Shown one piece after another: positions 31,724-40,921 of a DNA stretch of 64,000 nucleotides. The translations under genes were made by a program, and so were the position numbers. The stretch's first letter is position 1; each line of letters opens with the position of its first letter. Where the stretch lies: positions 1,760,001 through 1,824,000 of the forward strand of contig OZ244207.1 of assembly GCA_965216875.1 (NCBI GenBank). The letters are read 5' to 3'. The notes beneath the pieces were generated by a model that was not told the DNA's origin, searched no databases, and saw only the letters and a program-made list of their open reading frames with translations. This DNA is from Rubripirellula sp. GTDB lineage: Bacteria; Planctomycetota; Planctomycetia; Pirellulales; Pirellulaceae.

Positions 31724-33658
31724 GACGTTTGGGCGCGAAGCTCCACTCTCGATCTGCACCAAGGGCGATTCAAGCACACCGACAACTGATCTTACACTTT
31801 TCATGAGCGCCAGATTGTTACGTTGTTCAACCGCAGATCGGGCGACGACAAAACTCAACTTACTCGATCGAACACATAATGGCACTTGGCCGTTTGAGTC
31901 AATGAGGCGGTTAGCGGGAACGACGACTAGATCTGCCTTGGGCGAGATAGTGCCTAGGTCATCTCCATCAATGATGTCTCCAGGGCCTAACACCTGGGCA
32001 ACTCGAACATCTACATGCCCGAAGTGTTCACGAAACGACTCCAGTTGTTCTCGCTTAAGGAACGCAACGATGCATGCATCCCGCTTACCCAAGTAACCCC
32101 CGGCAAAACATGCGTCCGCGATCTCTCTACCTAGACCCTCGTCATTTGCAATGAAGAAGACACCTCGCCGAAGTCTTCGCTCGCGATTTTCGGATCGCAC
32201 GGCCTCGACCGCTTCCTCGAACGGGTAATATCCGAGTTGCTTGAGTTCGTCACTCTTCGGTCTCTCGTTGTGTAACCGTTGACCTCGCCAACGAGCGAAC
32301 ACTCGGTAGTCGCTGGAGTAAAACAGGTCAATGTGCACCATATTGATATCAGGTGATGAACCATCATCTGAAATGATGAGCGGTCCCTCAGATTTGTCGT
32401 CGAACTCAATGGGCGGGATTTCGATTGACCTTCTGTTCGGTACCATGACTCGGGTTGCGTCGCGGTCGACACGCGACGGGTCTTCGCCACGTTCGGTGGC
32501 GCGAAAGTCATCAGCGATTTTGCGCCGGGTTGTCAGGACGTAATCCCGAATATTCGCTATCTGTTGGGCGTGAGTGAAGTCGCCTTGATCGACGGCAATC
32601 GTTTCCAATCGATTGAGCACGCGGTCAACGCTTCCGGCGGTGATCCCATACAGAAACCGATTTGAATTGACCAAGTGAACTCCAACGCCAGCGAACGCGC
32701 GCAGGTACCGCACGTCGGCTTCGGCTGATAGCCGATGAGAACGACTCAACACAAGCGTTCCCAAATCGCGAAGCGACGATTCAGAAATGGTTGCGCCGCC
32801 TCCGATCGCATCGATCTGAAAAAACATCTCCTCCACGATCGTACGGAACTGGTTCGGACTTACGGGCTTGCTCGCGAAATCGGCAAGATCAGCGGGCACT
32901 GAACTTGGAAACACCAAGCTGAACTCGGTAGGCCACGGTTCATCCGGCGCCGTGCAGAATGGTCGGGCGTTACCATGTTCCAACGCCTCGATGGCGCCGA
33001 TGTCGATTTCGCTTGTGCCGATCGGTTTCGCGTCGCGAGTGAGAATGACTGCCTTCCCGTAAAGCGGCAACGCGTTGCCCGGTTCTTGACTTGCCCACGC
33101 GTCTGCAGCCGTCAGCGCGATGGTCGTGTCAGAGCTTTCCAACAGCGCCGCCCATGCCGCAATCAGGCCAGGGTCATGAGATACCGCTTTGAGTAACGAC
33201 GACTCGAACGCGTTGGTAGCGTCATCAACCGATACTTCTTTCGCACGCTGTTCGATCCGTTTGCCGATCGTCTCTGCGCAGCTTCGCATATTGCGCAGTT
33301 TCCTTCGAACGGACGGATCGGAAATCTCGGATTCGGCAAGCGGGGGATTGGACAGTGTTTTAAGAGTCTCCGTCAATTGACTGAAAACCTGCGCTCGATT
33401 TGACGCGTAGACGCCGAATCTCCCTCGCCAGTAGGCAACTCTCGCCGAATTGGGAAAAGCAGTCTCGGCTTTCCTGAATGCTGTGTGAACATCAGCGGTC
33501 TTGCCCGAACCGAGGTCGACCAACGACCAAATTGCTTCGGCAATCAGTTGATCCTCGGAAATGTCAGCGGATGTCGACTCACTTGCCTCCTGAGCGAGGA
33601 TAGACGTTTGAAGAAGCGAAATCACAAGGATCGCTATGCTTCGCCGAAAAGCGGCCAC
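31712..33658 (-). CDS. large exported helical-repeat-like cassette protein (648 aa)
   Basis: Signal peptide. Cassette starts GTTCGTCGA and ends with the complementary TCGACGAAC. Confidence 0.75.
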   Translation of the reverse strand: MAAFRRSIAILVISLLQTSILAQEASESTSADISEDQLIAEAIWSLVDLGSGKTADVHTAFRKAETAFPNSARVAYWRGRFGVYASNRAQVFSQLTETLKTLSNPPLAESEISDPSVRRKLRNMRSCAETIGKRIEQRAKEVSVDDATNAFESSLLKAVSHDPGLIAAWAALLESSDTTIALTAADAWASQEPGNALPLYGKAVILTRDAKPIGTSEIDIGAIEALEHGNARPFCTAPDEPWPTEFSLVFPSSVPADLADFASKPVSPNQFRTIVEEMFFQIDAIGGGATISESSLRDLGTLVLSRSHRLSAEADVRYLRAFAGVGVHLVNSNRFLYGITAGSVDRVLNRLETIAVDQGDFTHAQQIANIRDYVLTTRRKIADDFRATERGEDPSRVDRDATRVMVPNRRSIEIPPIEFDDKSEGPLIISDDGSSPDINMVHIDLFYSSDYRVFARWRGQRLHNERPKSDELKQLGYYPFEEAVEAVRSENRERRLRRGVFFIANDEGLGREIADACFAGGYLGKRDACIVAFLKREQLESFREHFGHVDVRVAQVLGPGDIIDGDDLGTISPKADLVVVPANRLIDSNGQVPLCVRSSKLSFVVARSAVEQRNNLALMKSVRSVVGVLESPLVQIESGASRPNVDEP

Positions 33659-33754
33659 TTAAGTTCTCCGTCGAGAGTTGGTATTACCCTTCACTCGGCC
33701 CGATTTAGAGCATCATGGGGCGCCCGCGGCGTCGAAGCTCGCGGAATGTCGATC

Positions 33755-33846
33755 GACGAACGGACGAAATCACGGGAGCGGGCGAACGACTTGCAAGCAG
33801 ACGAGAAAACGAACGACCCGTCCTCCCGTTCATTTCATGGTTCGCC
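33755..33846 (-). repeat. attC
   Basis: R'' GGCGAAC ... R' GTTCGTC; same family as 53638-53730. Confidence 0.8.
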
Positions 33847-34012
33847 GGTCTTCTTACGGTCAGATGAAGTTACCGTGTGAGTATCAGAACAACTTCGGCT
33901 GCATCACAAATCACTGGCTGAGATTGTGCCGAAGCCATACTGAGACGGCCTCGTCAATTGAGTCAAACCATCTCCCCGGCGGGACAAGCCCGGCTCCGTG
34001 TGAATGCGGTGG

Positions 34013-34447
34013 TTATCCGCCGTCTGTTGTTGGCGGCAAAGACTCGATTGCATGTTGAATCCGTGCTCCGTAGCGTCGAACGTATTCGCGATCTGAATCA
34101 ATGGCAATGGATGCAGCAAGCTCAAGTCTGTCAGGCGAGAATCGAATCGCCATCGAAAGCTGGTCAAAGAACTGTTCGTAGAAGTACCCGCCCAGCAAAC
34201 GGTTAACTATTGCAACGACTAGTCGGTCGCAGTCATCGGGTGAGGGAGGGTGGTTCTTGAAATGACGGCAAAGTTTCGCACGAGCGCGGTTGTGCCAGTA
34301 ACCGAAGCTCTCTGCGGTCACAAAGAAAATCGAGCGAGAGATCGCGTCACCATCGCCCCGTTTCACGTCAGCGATCAAACATTCGAGATCGGTCTTGGAG
34401 AGTGACCGAATCCAAATAGAGGCGTACGAGGGTCGTATCGTCGTCAT
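34013..34447 (-). CDS. cassette hypothetical protein (paralog of 31179-31613)
   Basis: 144 aa; followed by only half an attC (33985-34018). Confidence 0.75.
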   Translation of the reverse strand: MTTIRPSYASIWIRSLSKTDLECLIADVKRGDGDAISRSIFFVTAESFGYWHNRARAKLCRHFKNHPPSPDDCDRLVVAIVNRLLGGYFYEQFFDQLSMAIRFSPDRLELAASIAIDSDREYVRRYGARIQHAIESLPPTTDGG

Positions 34448-34468
34448 TCGAGCAACAGGGTTTCAGTC

Positions 34469-34557
34469 GGATAACGGTGGCCACAGCCAGGATCGCCCAA
34501 TGTGTTGTCGACTTGGAACCGCGCCATGGCGATTTCCGGTTCATGGTATGGTTATGT
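34469..34557 (-). repeat. attC, partly degenerate
   Basis: R'' ACATAAC ... R' GTTATCC. Confidence 0.75.
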
Positions 34558-34637
34558 GGCCTGTGTCAGCACATTTCGTGATTGCCCTTGATGCTACCGC
34601 ATTCATCGCATTTGTACACGTATGGGCCACCACAGCC

Positions 34638-34997
34638 TTAGCGCGACTTCGGTTCAGCGCATTGTTCTGTCGTCTTTGTTTGAACGCTGAATACACCGCC
34701 CGAGTAATTGATGTTTAGGTCTGCGGCTGAATCGTTTGGTGTCCAGCCCGAGAGCAATGCGAATTCGATTGCACTGCGCACAAATGACGGAGTAACAGTA
34801 TTGGGGCCTCGCGTCTCATCAGATCGGTGATCGGGCTCGCACCAGTCAATCCAGCCCCAGTCTACAACTAAGCGTTGACCACGCCGACTTGTATCAGCTT
34901 CCGCGAGTACGTGAAGTTTTCCATCGAATCGCCATCGGAATTTGTCCGGGCCAATGGTGATCGGGGAGAAGCGGCGTTTCTTGGCAGGTCGGGCCAT
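34638..34997 (-). CDS. cassette hypothetical protein (KKRR...FRW...VTP..VR.AI..AL..GW.P family)
   Basis: Reads into a half attC at 34641-34670. Confidence 0.7.
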   Translation of the reverse strand: MARPAKKRRFSPITIGPDKFRWRFDGKLHVLAEADTSRRGQRLVVDWGWIDWCEPDHRSDETRGPNTVTPSFVRSAIEFALLSGWTPNDSAADLNINYSGGVFSVQTKTTEQCAEPKSR

Positions 34998-35100
34998 TTG
35001 CTTCCAACCGTTTGTCTTGACTAGTGATCGCTACGCTGAAGCACAATGGGCTCAGGGCTATCGCTTGTGACGAACGAATGTGTGTTGATCCGCTTAGTTG

Positions 35101-35189
35101 CGATAACGTCGGTCCTCACCGAGGACGGCCAAAGTGGTTTCAATCTGTAACAGCGTCATGCGGTCCTGCGGACTGCGACATTGTTACGC
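35101..35189 (-). repeat. attC, partly degenerate
   Basis: R'' GCGTAAC ... R' GTTATCG. Confidence 0.7.
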
Positions 35190-35636
35190 GGACTTTCCAA
35201 AGTAGTCGATGCGAAAGTTGAGCCAATCATCAAGGTAATCGAAATCCCCTGCTTCCTTGCATACGCGAATATAGTCGACGGCGTCGGATGCGTCAGGGTC
35301 GTTGTTCTGAGTCAAATACTCAATGGTTGCGTCGACACCTGCACCAACCAGAAACTGAATGTCGAAAGAGCAACCAGTGTCGAAGTCGGTGTGTTTCGCT
35401 CTCCACATTGGTAGGACGTCGCCTAAGTCAGCGAGTTGATAGAGCAGCAAGGCGCACCAAAACAGATTCTCAAAATAGTCATCGTGGGTCGGCGAGGAAT
35501 CATACACACGATAGACACACTCGATCGGAAGCAGTTGGCGTAGAAGTCGACCGTCAGCATCGGTCGGTCGCGGGTGCAATGATGCGTAGATCTCGTCACG
35601 GGTAACAGAATCCGCTAACTCCGCGTCATCGAACAC
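35184..35636 (-). CDS. cassette hypothetical protein
   Basis: 150 aa. An in-frame ATA after AAGGA upstream suggests a lost original ATG. Confidence 0.7.
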   Translation of the reverse strand: MFDDAELADSVTRDEIYASLHPRPTDADGRLLRQLLPIECVYRVYDSSPTHDDYFENLFWCALLLYQLADLGDVLPMWRAKHTDFDTGCSFDIQFLVGAGVDATIEYLTQNNDPDASDAVDYIRVCKEAGDFDYLDDWLNFRIDYFGKSA

Positions 35637-35694
35637 AGTGCCCTCGCGTGAACGCCGGACAATTTCCTTGGCATCTATTGCTCTAAGTCCTTAG

Positions 35695-35784
35695 GCGTAA
35701 CGATACCGATCACCGATCACCGACAGTTGAGTTTCCATTGCCAGAACGCGACGCCCGGTCCTTCGACGCATCGGATGGTTCTGC
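35695..35784 (-). repeat. attC, partly degenerate
   Basis: R'' GCAGAAC ... R' GTTACGC. Confidence 0.75.
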
Positions 35785-36195
35785 CAAGACGTCGGGCGCG
35801 TCTTTGGCAGCACTCTTTTTCGCCAGTTCGGTCATGTACTCGCACATGTCGATGTACCCTTGGTACAGAGTCGAAGGCATCAGGTCACGAAACTCGTCTT
35901 CTGTCAAGCGATTGTATGCAAACCACTCTAGGAACGATACGTTGATCGCTTTCTGCAGCTCGTTCTTGGAACGGCAATAAAATGAGTCAACGAACTCAAA
36001 GCAGTCTCTGATCTCTGGCAATTTGCGTTCAAGGCAAAGGTCGACCGCGTATCGATACAATGCCTCCATCGAGCAGTAAATGCCTTCGTCTTCGGTCCAC
36101 GGCAACTCGGGGTATCTCTTCACAAGTTCGCATCGAAACTCCGAAATCAACTTCGCGTCAGAAACGTTCGGATTCAATTCTGGAGTATTCAACAA
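35710..36195 (-). CDS. cassette hypothetical, immunity-like helical protein
   Basis: AINVSFLE motif; reads into attC. Confidence 0.65.
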   Translation of the reverse strand: MLNTPELNPNVSDAKLISEFRCELVKRYPELPWTEDEGIYCSMEALYRYAVDLCLERKLPEIRDCFEFVDSFYCRSKNELQKAINVSFLEWFAYNRLTEDEFRDLMPSTLYQGYIDMCEYMTELAKKSAAKDAPDVLAEPSDASKDRASRSGNGNSTVGDR

Positions 36196-36228
36196 ACCCT
36201 TCGTTACAAGAATGAGGTGGTGTTAAAG

Positions 36229-36319
36229 CCAGAACGGTACAGATCACGCGGTCGCCGCGAGCGATCCTTCACTTCAACAACCGCGACTCGGCGACTCGTC
36301 TTGCATCCGATGGTTACCC
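36229..36319 (-). repeat. attC
   Basis: R'' GGGTAAC ... R' GTTCTGG. Confidence 0.85.
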
Positions 36320-36848
36320 GCCCTTGGAAACCGGCAGCCCGTTGCGAGCGATATCAACGTATTCGTCAGACAAGACAAATGCAACAATCTCATCGCGAGT
36401 CCGTTCGAGCAGGTGGTCATCGTCGGCAACCGCCAGAGCCTCGAGGGCGGCAGAGTCCATTGGCAAGTTTCGCGCGAGTCGACGCAGGTCTTCCAGGTCA
36501 AGTAAGGAAATTGAGGCGTCTTTTAGGAGGGCAATCAAACGTTCTTCCTCGGATGAACGCACTTCGATCAGAGAATCGTTGAAAAATAAACGTCCGGGTG
36601 AAATGTCCGCGTTGAGGGAACTCGCCCGCGATCGCATGCTGATTCAGCCGGATTGAGCAAAGATATCCCTCATTGGTAACTGCACCTAATGTTGACGTTC
36701 CTCCATCAAGCGTGAATTCCCAGGTGACAAGCGTAATGGTGTTGACGTCGTTGAGCTCAACGGATTGCGTTGACCGGTAATACGGTACTTCAGGCGCACA
36801 GCCAATGAAGAGCGGAATGCAGGCGACGGCAGACACGAGAAGCTTCAT
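36314..36848 (-). pseudogene. frameshifted lipoprotein cassette gene
   Basis: MKLLVSAVACIPLFIGC starts in one frame, while the ORF whose stop lies in R'' (36314-36637) is in another frame. Confidence 0.6.
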
Positions 36849-36856
36849 CTTTGATC

Positions 36857-36947
36857 GGGTAACGTTACGGATCACGGAGCGGCGGGAGCTCCGTCGCCAT
36901 TTGAAAAAGCTGTCCACCGTTGCTTCGTGTGCATCTGATGGTTATCC
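36857..36947 (-). repeat. attC
   Basis: R'' GGATAAC ... R' GTTACCC. Confidence 0.85.
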
Positions 36948-37298
36948 GCCGTTTTGAGTAGCAGTGGTATCAGAACCAAACTTCGTCCAGTATGGCGGAT
37001 CAGTTGCGTGCCGCACAACAAAACGACTCTCCGGTTGAACTCGGTCCGCGAATCCAATCCAAAACGGTGGCCCAGATTCGTCTGGCAGCCATCCAGTTGC
37101 GAGCGCAAATCTTATCGCGTCTGGAACTTCGTCGTCGGTGATGCGCCCGTAGGGATCGACCATCAATTTTGAGCCAGTGCCAGTCGCTAGCTGAATCGTC
37201 ACGACGCCACGTCCATTGTCACCACGAGAGCCCTTGACCCAGTGAAAGTGGACGCCATCGATATGAGCATTTCGGCGATTGCGTTTGGGGAGCGACAT
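36942..37298 (-). CDS. cassette hypothetical protein (same family as 34638-34997)
   Basis: MSLPKRNRR..IDG..FHW...IT...V..AI.FAL..GW.P. Confidence 0.75.
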   Translation of the reverse strand: MSLPKRNRRNAHIDGVHFHWVKGSRGDNGRGVVTIQLATGTGSKLMVDPYGRITDDEVPDAIRFALATGWLPDESGPPFWIGFADRVQPESRFVVRHATDPPYWTKFGSDTTATQNGG

Positions 37299-37336
37299 AG
37301 TGCTGAGCAAAGTTAGAACGCGATCACCAATCAGTC

Positions 37337-37426
37337 GGGTGCCGTCCGCAATCACCGGGCCGCGACGAGCAATTGTCTATTTGAAAACGGCCGGCTTCGC
37401 AACTCCGGTGCATTGCATCGTTGTGC
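37337..37426 (-). repeat. attC, inactive core
   Basis: R'' GCACAAC; R' mutated to GGCACCC; L boxes still recognisable. Confidence 0.7.
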
Positions 37427-37454
37427 GACGATTCTCCGTGACGGGACGCCGGTA

Positions 37455-37838
37455 TCAATTTACGCTTGATTGATCGGACCTGCTGGTATTGCTGCCACAT
37501 TCGTAAGATTGCTCGTTTCCGTCCTCGTCGATCCAAGTAGCGATGCGATCTTCGTAGTCGTAATTGAACTGTCGCTTTTCTGCCAGGTGCCACGAGTAGC
37601 TGTGCAGGAGGTTTCCCACGATCGCGATCGCAAATGGAACGACGAGCAGCCAAAGCATGCTCAAAGCGAAGCGGCCGCGAATGCCCACATAGACGAGGTA
37701 GATGGGAATGCCAAGCAGCAAGATGATCGCGTTCAAGTCGATCAGGTCCGAAATCACATGAAGCGCATATCCGGCTGGCGTGCACCTTTGCTTGCCAATT
37801 CTTTGGGATTCGTTGTCCCACATCGGGTTGATGAACAT
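37455..37838 (-). CDS. cassette membrane protein
   Basis: 127 aa with two TM helices, lying between attC sites. Confidence 0.7.
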   Translation of the reverse strand: MFINPMWDNESQRIGKQRCTPAGYALHVISDLIDLNAIILLLGIPIYLVYVGIRGRFALSMLWLLVVPFAIAIVGNLLHSYSWHLAEKRQFNYDYEDRIATWIDEDGNEQSYECGSNTSRSDQSSVN

Positions 37839-37869
37839 GAGACGAGAGGCGTGCCGCAATGGCTTAGTG

Positions 37870-37960
37870 GCGTATCGGCCCGCGTCACCGAGGCCCCTGA
37901 GTTGACATTCCATTTGTGAAGACGAACCAACGGGCCTCCGCGTGCACGCGATGGTTATGC
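37870..37960 (-). repeat. attC, inactive core
   Basis: R'' GCATAAC; R' mutated to GATACGC. Confidence 0.7.
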
Positions 37961-38506
37961 CTCATATTGAGCCGCGGCTGTGGTCAATTTCGGAAAACGC
38001 GCCGCCAAATCTTCGTAGTGCCACTTATCTCCGACTGGGGAGTTGGGGTGTTGAAATGTCATTAGCCCAGTATCATCGTCCAGTATCTCTTTTTCATTCA
38101 ATACTTGATCGGCGACATATCCAAACTCTTCAAATTGAGTGCACTCAATGCCAGGAGCGAAAGCAACCTCAGCAAGCGATTCGGCATCAGCTAGTGCGGC
38201 ATCAAATACCGTTCTTCCCATTGAGATGAGCCAATATCGAAAGTCCGTAAAACCGTCGTCGCTGCAACCACCTTCGATGATGTAACCAGCGGCCCATAAA
38301 TCCCAGCGGTAGGCACTGTGATGCAATTCCGAAAACCGGTTGGAGAAAGCACGCAGGTCACAAGGTTCAAGTTGGGAAAGAACCGTCCTGAGACGTGCAA
38401 GTTGCGCGGACATGTTTCCATCGCGAATCGTGTTCGGACGCGAAGGATCGAAGTCGGACCGCGACTCCTCAATGATCGACCAGAAGCGATCGAGTTCCAT
38501 CAACAT
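37955..38506 (-). CDS. DUF4240 domain cassette protein
   Basis: FWSIIE...LWAAGYIIEGGCSDDGFTDFRYWLISMGR. Confidence 0.85.
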   Translation of the reverse strand: MLMELDRFWSIIEESRSDFDPSRPNTIRDGNMSAQLARLRTVLSQLEPCDLRAFSNRFSELHHSAYRWDLWAAGYIIEGGCSDDGFTDFRYWLISMGRTVFDAALADAESLAEVAFAPGIECTQFEEFGYVADQVLNEKEILDDDTGLMTFQHPNSPVGDKWHYEDLAARFPKLTTAAAQYEA

Positions 38507-38527
38507 TGGACGTTCAATTTTTCAGTG

Positions 38528-38620
38528 GCGTAACGGCAGTGATCAGCGGGGACGGGCGTACGACTTGCAAGCAGGCGAGAACATGGACCACCCGTCCTCC
38601 GTTGCATCACATGGTTCTGC
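38528..38620 (-). repeat. attC (cassette 28)
   Basis: R'' GCAGAAC ... R' GTTACGC. Confidence 0.9.
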
Positions 38621-38633
38621 CCTCGTCTACGAT

Positions 38634-39065
38634 TTAGTTGAGCGCCCAGGCAATTAGCGAACTTATAGCAACGATTAGAGCCCCGATCATTCCGGACGCA
38701 ATCCAATTGCACCACCAGCCTTTAACTGGGGCTCTACCGCTTCCAATCAGTTGGCCATCAGCGAAAAGACTGTAACCGCCGTCACGGACTCCCCGTCGCT
38801 CGAATCGCCCAACGGTTTCAACGTCTTGATGCGTAAACTTGAACTCAAAGTGTTCCCGAACACGCAGCTTCATCGACGTGAAAGTTTCGTTGTTGTCAAT
38901 CGTCACGTAGTAGGCGATAGCAAGCCACATGAAGTTAGGTAACGCCTTTGCTCGCACCACAAACAAGCGGTCGTCCCAAATGTGTTCGCTCGAACCGTGT
39001 GACACTGGAGCAATGCGATGTTCCAGTGGCGAAGGCTGATAAGGGTTCATGCTATCGGCGAACAT
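38634..39065 (-). CDS. cassette membrane protein with NPYQ.SP N-terminus
   Basis: Single ORF in the cassette; C-terminal TM helix. Confidence 0.7.
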   Translation of the reverse strand: MFADSMNPYQPSPLEHRIAPVSHGSSEHIWDDRLFVVRAKALPNFMWLAIAYYVTIDNNETFTSMKLRVREHFEFKFTHQDVETVGRFERRGVRDGGYSLFADGQLIGSGRAPVKGWWCNWIASGMIGALIVAISSLIAWALN

Positions 39066-39070
39066 TGCTG

Positions 39071-39613
39071 TCAATAATGGCAGAACGGCGGACGGACAAA
39101 AGACTCTCCACTTCCACAACCGTGCAAGCCGTCCTCCCGTGCATGTTTTTGTTCTGCTTTCTTCTCAGCGGCCCATTGTTGATGTGATGGAGGGACATCG
39201 TCCGCCCACCGAGGATCATTGCGTTCGTGCAGCGAAGGTGAATCAGATATCGCGTAGGCGTAAGCCGCGACCAATTTATCGTAATCGGCCTTGGTTTCGT
39301 ATCCCGGCTCTAGCTTTGAGTTTAGTACCCGAAGTTCAGCGACGACTTGATCCACGTTGCCGTTCTCCAACTCCGCAATTGTGTTCTCGATCAAGTCCTT
39401 GGATGCGGCACCGTACCAAGCGTTCGCGTTCCAAATTTGAAATGATCCAGCAACACTGCCCGCGATCCAGGCGACACCGAATGACATCGCCAGCGATGCG
39501 ACTCCAAGACCAATCCGAACAATCCTTCGCGGCTGAAACTCGGACGCGAGCCATGCAAGCGAAGTAAAAAAAACAACGATGCCGACAAGTCCAACCATTG
39601 GTGTGAGGATCAT
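39071..39613 (-). CDS. cassette membrane protein
   Basis: Two N-terminal TM helices; reads through the truncated attC. Confidence 0.75.
   Translation of the reverse strand: MILTPMVGLVGIVVFFTSLAWLASEFQPRRIVRIGLGVASLAMSFGVAWIAGSVAGSFQIWNANAWYGAASKDLIENTIAELENGNVDQVVAELRVLNSKLEPGYETKADYDKLVAAYAYAISDSPSLHERNDPRWADDVPPSHQQWAAEKKAEQKHAREDGLHGCGSGESFVRPPFCHY
39080..39157 (-). repeat. attC (cassette 27), truncated by 12 bp
   Basis: 78 bp; the L' arm and spacer are missing compared with its relative at 41885-41974. Confidence 0.75.
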
Positions 39614-39640
39614 GTGTAGTTGATCTGGGGATGGTCAGTT

Positions 39641-39730
39641 GCAGAACGGTAGGCATCACCGAGCACGGCCCATGTGGTAACCATTTGCAAACGCCCCATG
39701 CCGTGCTTCGAGTGCATGCCATGGTTATCT
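39641..39730 (-). repeat. attC (cassette 26)
   Basis: R'' AGATAAC ... R' GTTCTGC. Confidence 0.9.
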
Positions 39731-39735
39731 GGCTA

Positions 39736-40257
39736 CTACGTGTAATTGTACAGTTCAGCATCACCATGAGTGTAGGTGATTCCGTGCCAGGTCATGGAGT
39801 CTTGGTCAGGCCGAATCATCGGCGTTGATTGTCGCGTTCCCAGCAAGATCTGTTCGATACCCTCCGCGAATGTGTTGGCCTGAAAGCCCATCGCATCATG
39901 CACCAAGCTGCGAACAAAAAGTCGTCCGTCACCCGCAATTGATATCGCACCATGTGAATGGTGATACTCTGCAATACATACAAGCGGTGATCCTAGCAGT
40001 TTAGACCAGCTTGAAATCGTGGTGATTGATTCAATTGGACGATGGCGAAGATCTCCAAGTTCTGACAGGCGTCGAAATTCGATATCGCTGGGTACGGTAA
40101 CGCCATCCGAATCTGGCGGCACAACATGAAGCCCTCTAAACTGCTCAAGTATGTAGACCGCAGGATGAAGAGTTCGATCCGAATCGGCGATCTGCCCACG
40201 TTGCCAACCAGCATCATGAAAGAACTGCATTACAGAATCGGTCGGCGTTAGGTTCAT
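39736..40257 (-). CDS. SUKH-3-like immunity protein (cassette)
   Basis: AGW..G...HPA..IL.QF.GL.V...GRLF pattern. Confidence 0.75.
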   Translation of the reverse strand: MNLTPTDSVMQFFHDAGWQRGQIADSDRTLHPAVYILEQFRGLHVVPPDSDGVTVPSDIEFRRLSELGDLRHRPIESITTISSWSKLLGSPLVCIAEYHHSHGAISIAGDGRLFVRSLVHDAMGFQANTFAEGIEQILLGTRQSTPMIRPDQDSMTWHGITYTHGDAELYNYT

Positions 40258-40279
40258 AGGATAGGAACGAATCAGATCC

Positions 40280-40370
40280 AGATAACGCTACACATCACCG
40301 AGCACGCGGAGTTGATGTGCCATTGTTGAAACGCCCAGACCGCGTGCTTCGGTGCATGTGATGGTTATCT
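40280..40370 (-). repeat. attC (cassette 25)
   Basis: R'' AGATAAC ... R' GTTATCT. Confidence 0.9.
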
Positions 40371-40379
40371 GACCGTGCG

Positions 40380-40787
40380 CTACATCGGTCCAACGCCAGC
40401 AATTTTCGCTCCCTCTATCACAATATCCCAAATGTGTTCCTGATCCCAAGAAACGCTTGCGCGTAATTTGATGTGGTTTAGGCTCAAATCAACGTGAAGC
40501 ATTGGCAGCAACGACCACTCGATTTCGGGGAGTTCATCGATGCCTGGAAGTTGGTCGATTAACTCGAATTCAGCTTCTGCAGGCATCACCCGTTCGAGTT
40601 CAGTGGCGATCGATTCTTGGTCGTCAGCAAAACGCTCGACTAATGCGTAGTGGCTGTCCTTGACCCCGGACTTGGCGAAATCGCGGAACTCGACTTCAAG
40701 GTCACCGAACGCATTCGTTGCAAGCGGCTTCCCGGCGCGCCAGTGACTCGTGCTATCGTCCCACGTAATTTCCCCAAGGTCCAGCAT
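40380..40787 (-). CDS. acidic cassette protein with WDxEH motif (immunity-like)
   Basis: C-terminal SWDQEH...GVG. Confidence 0.7.
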   Translation of the reverse strand: MLDLGEITWDDSTSHWRAGKPLATNAFGDLEVEFRDFAKSGVKDSHYALVERFADDQESIATELERVMPAEAEFELIDQLPGIDELPEIEWSLLPMLHVDLSLNHIKLRASVSWDQEHIWDIVIEGAKIAGVGPM

Positions 40788-40801
40788 TACGATGGTCTTT
40801 C

Positions 40802-40891
40802 AGATAACGGCGACAATCACCGAGGACGGACGGTGGACTGTCCACCTGAAAAACCTCGCAAGCCGTCCTTCGGTGCATTGTATTGTTCTGT
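40802..40891 (-). repeat. attC (cassette 24)
   Basis: R'' ACAGAAC ... R' GTTATCT. Confidence 0.9.
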
Positions 40892-40921
40892 GTCTTTACA
40901 CTCGCGAGAGGTTCAATGAAG

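Noticed and set aside
39057..39063. Alternative R' (GTTCGCC) for attC 27
   Set aside because: Spacing to L' is wrong, and it does not match the next R'' (GGCAGAAC), whereas GTTCTGCC at 39086 does.
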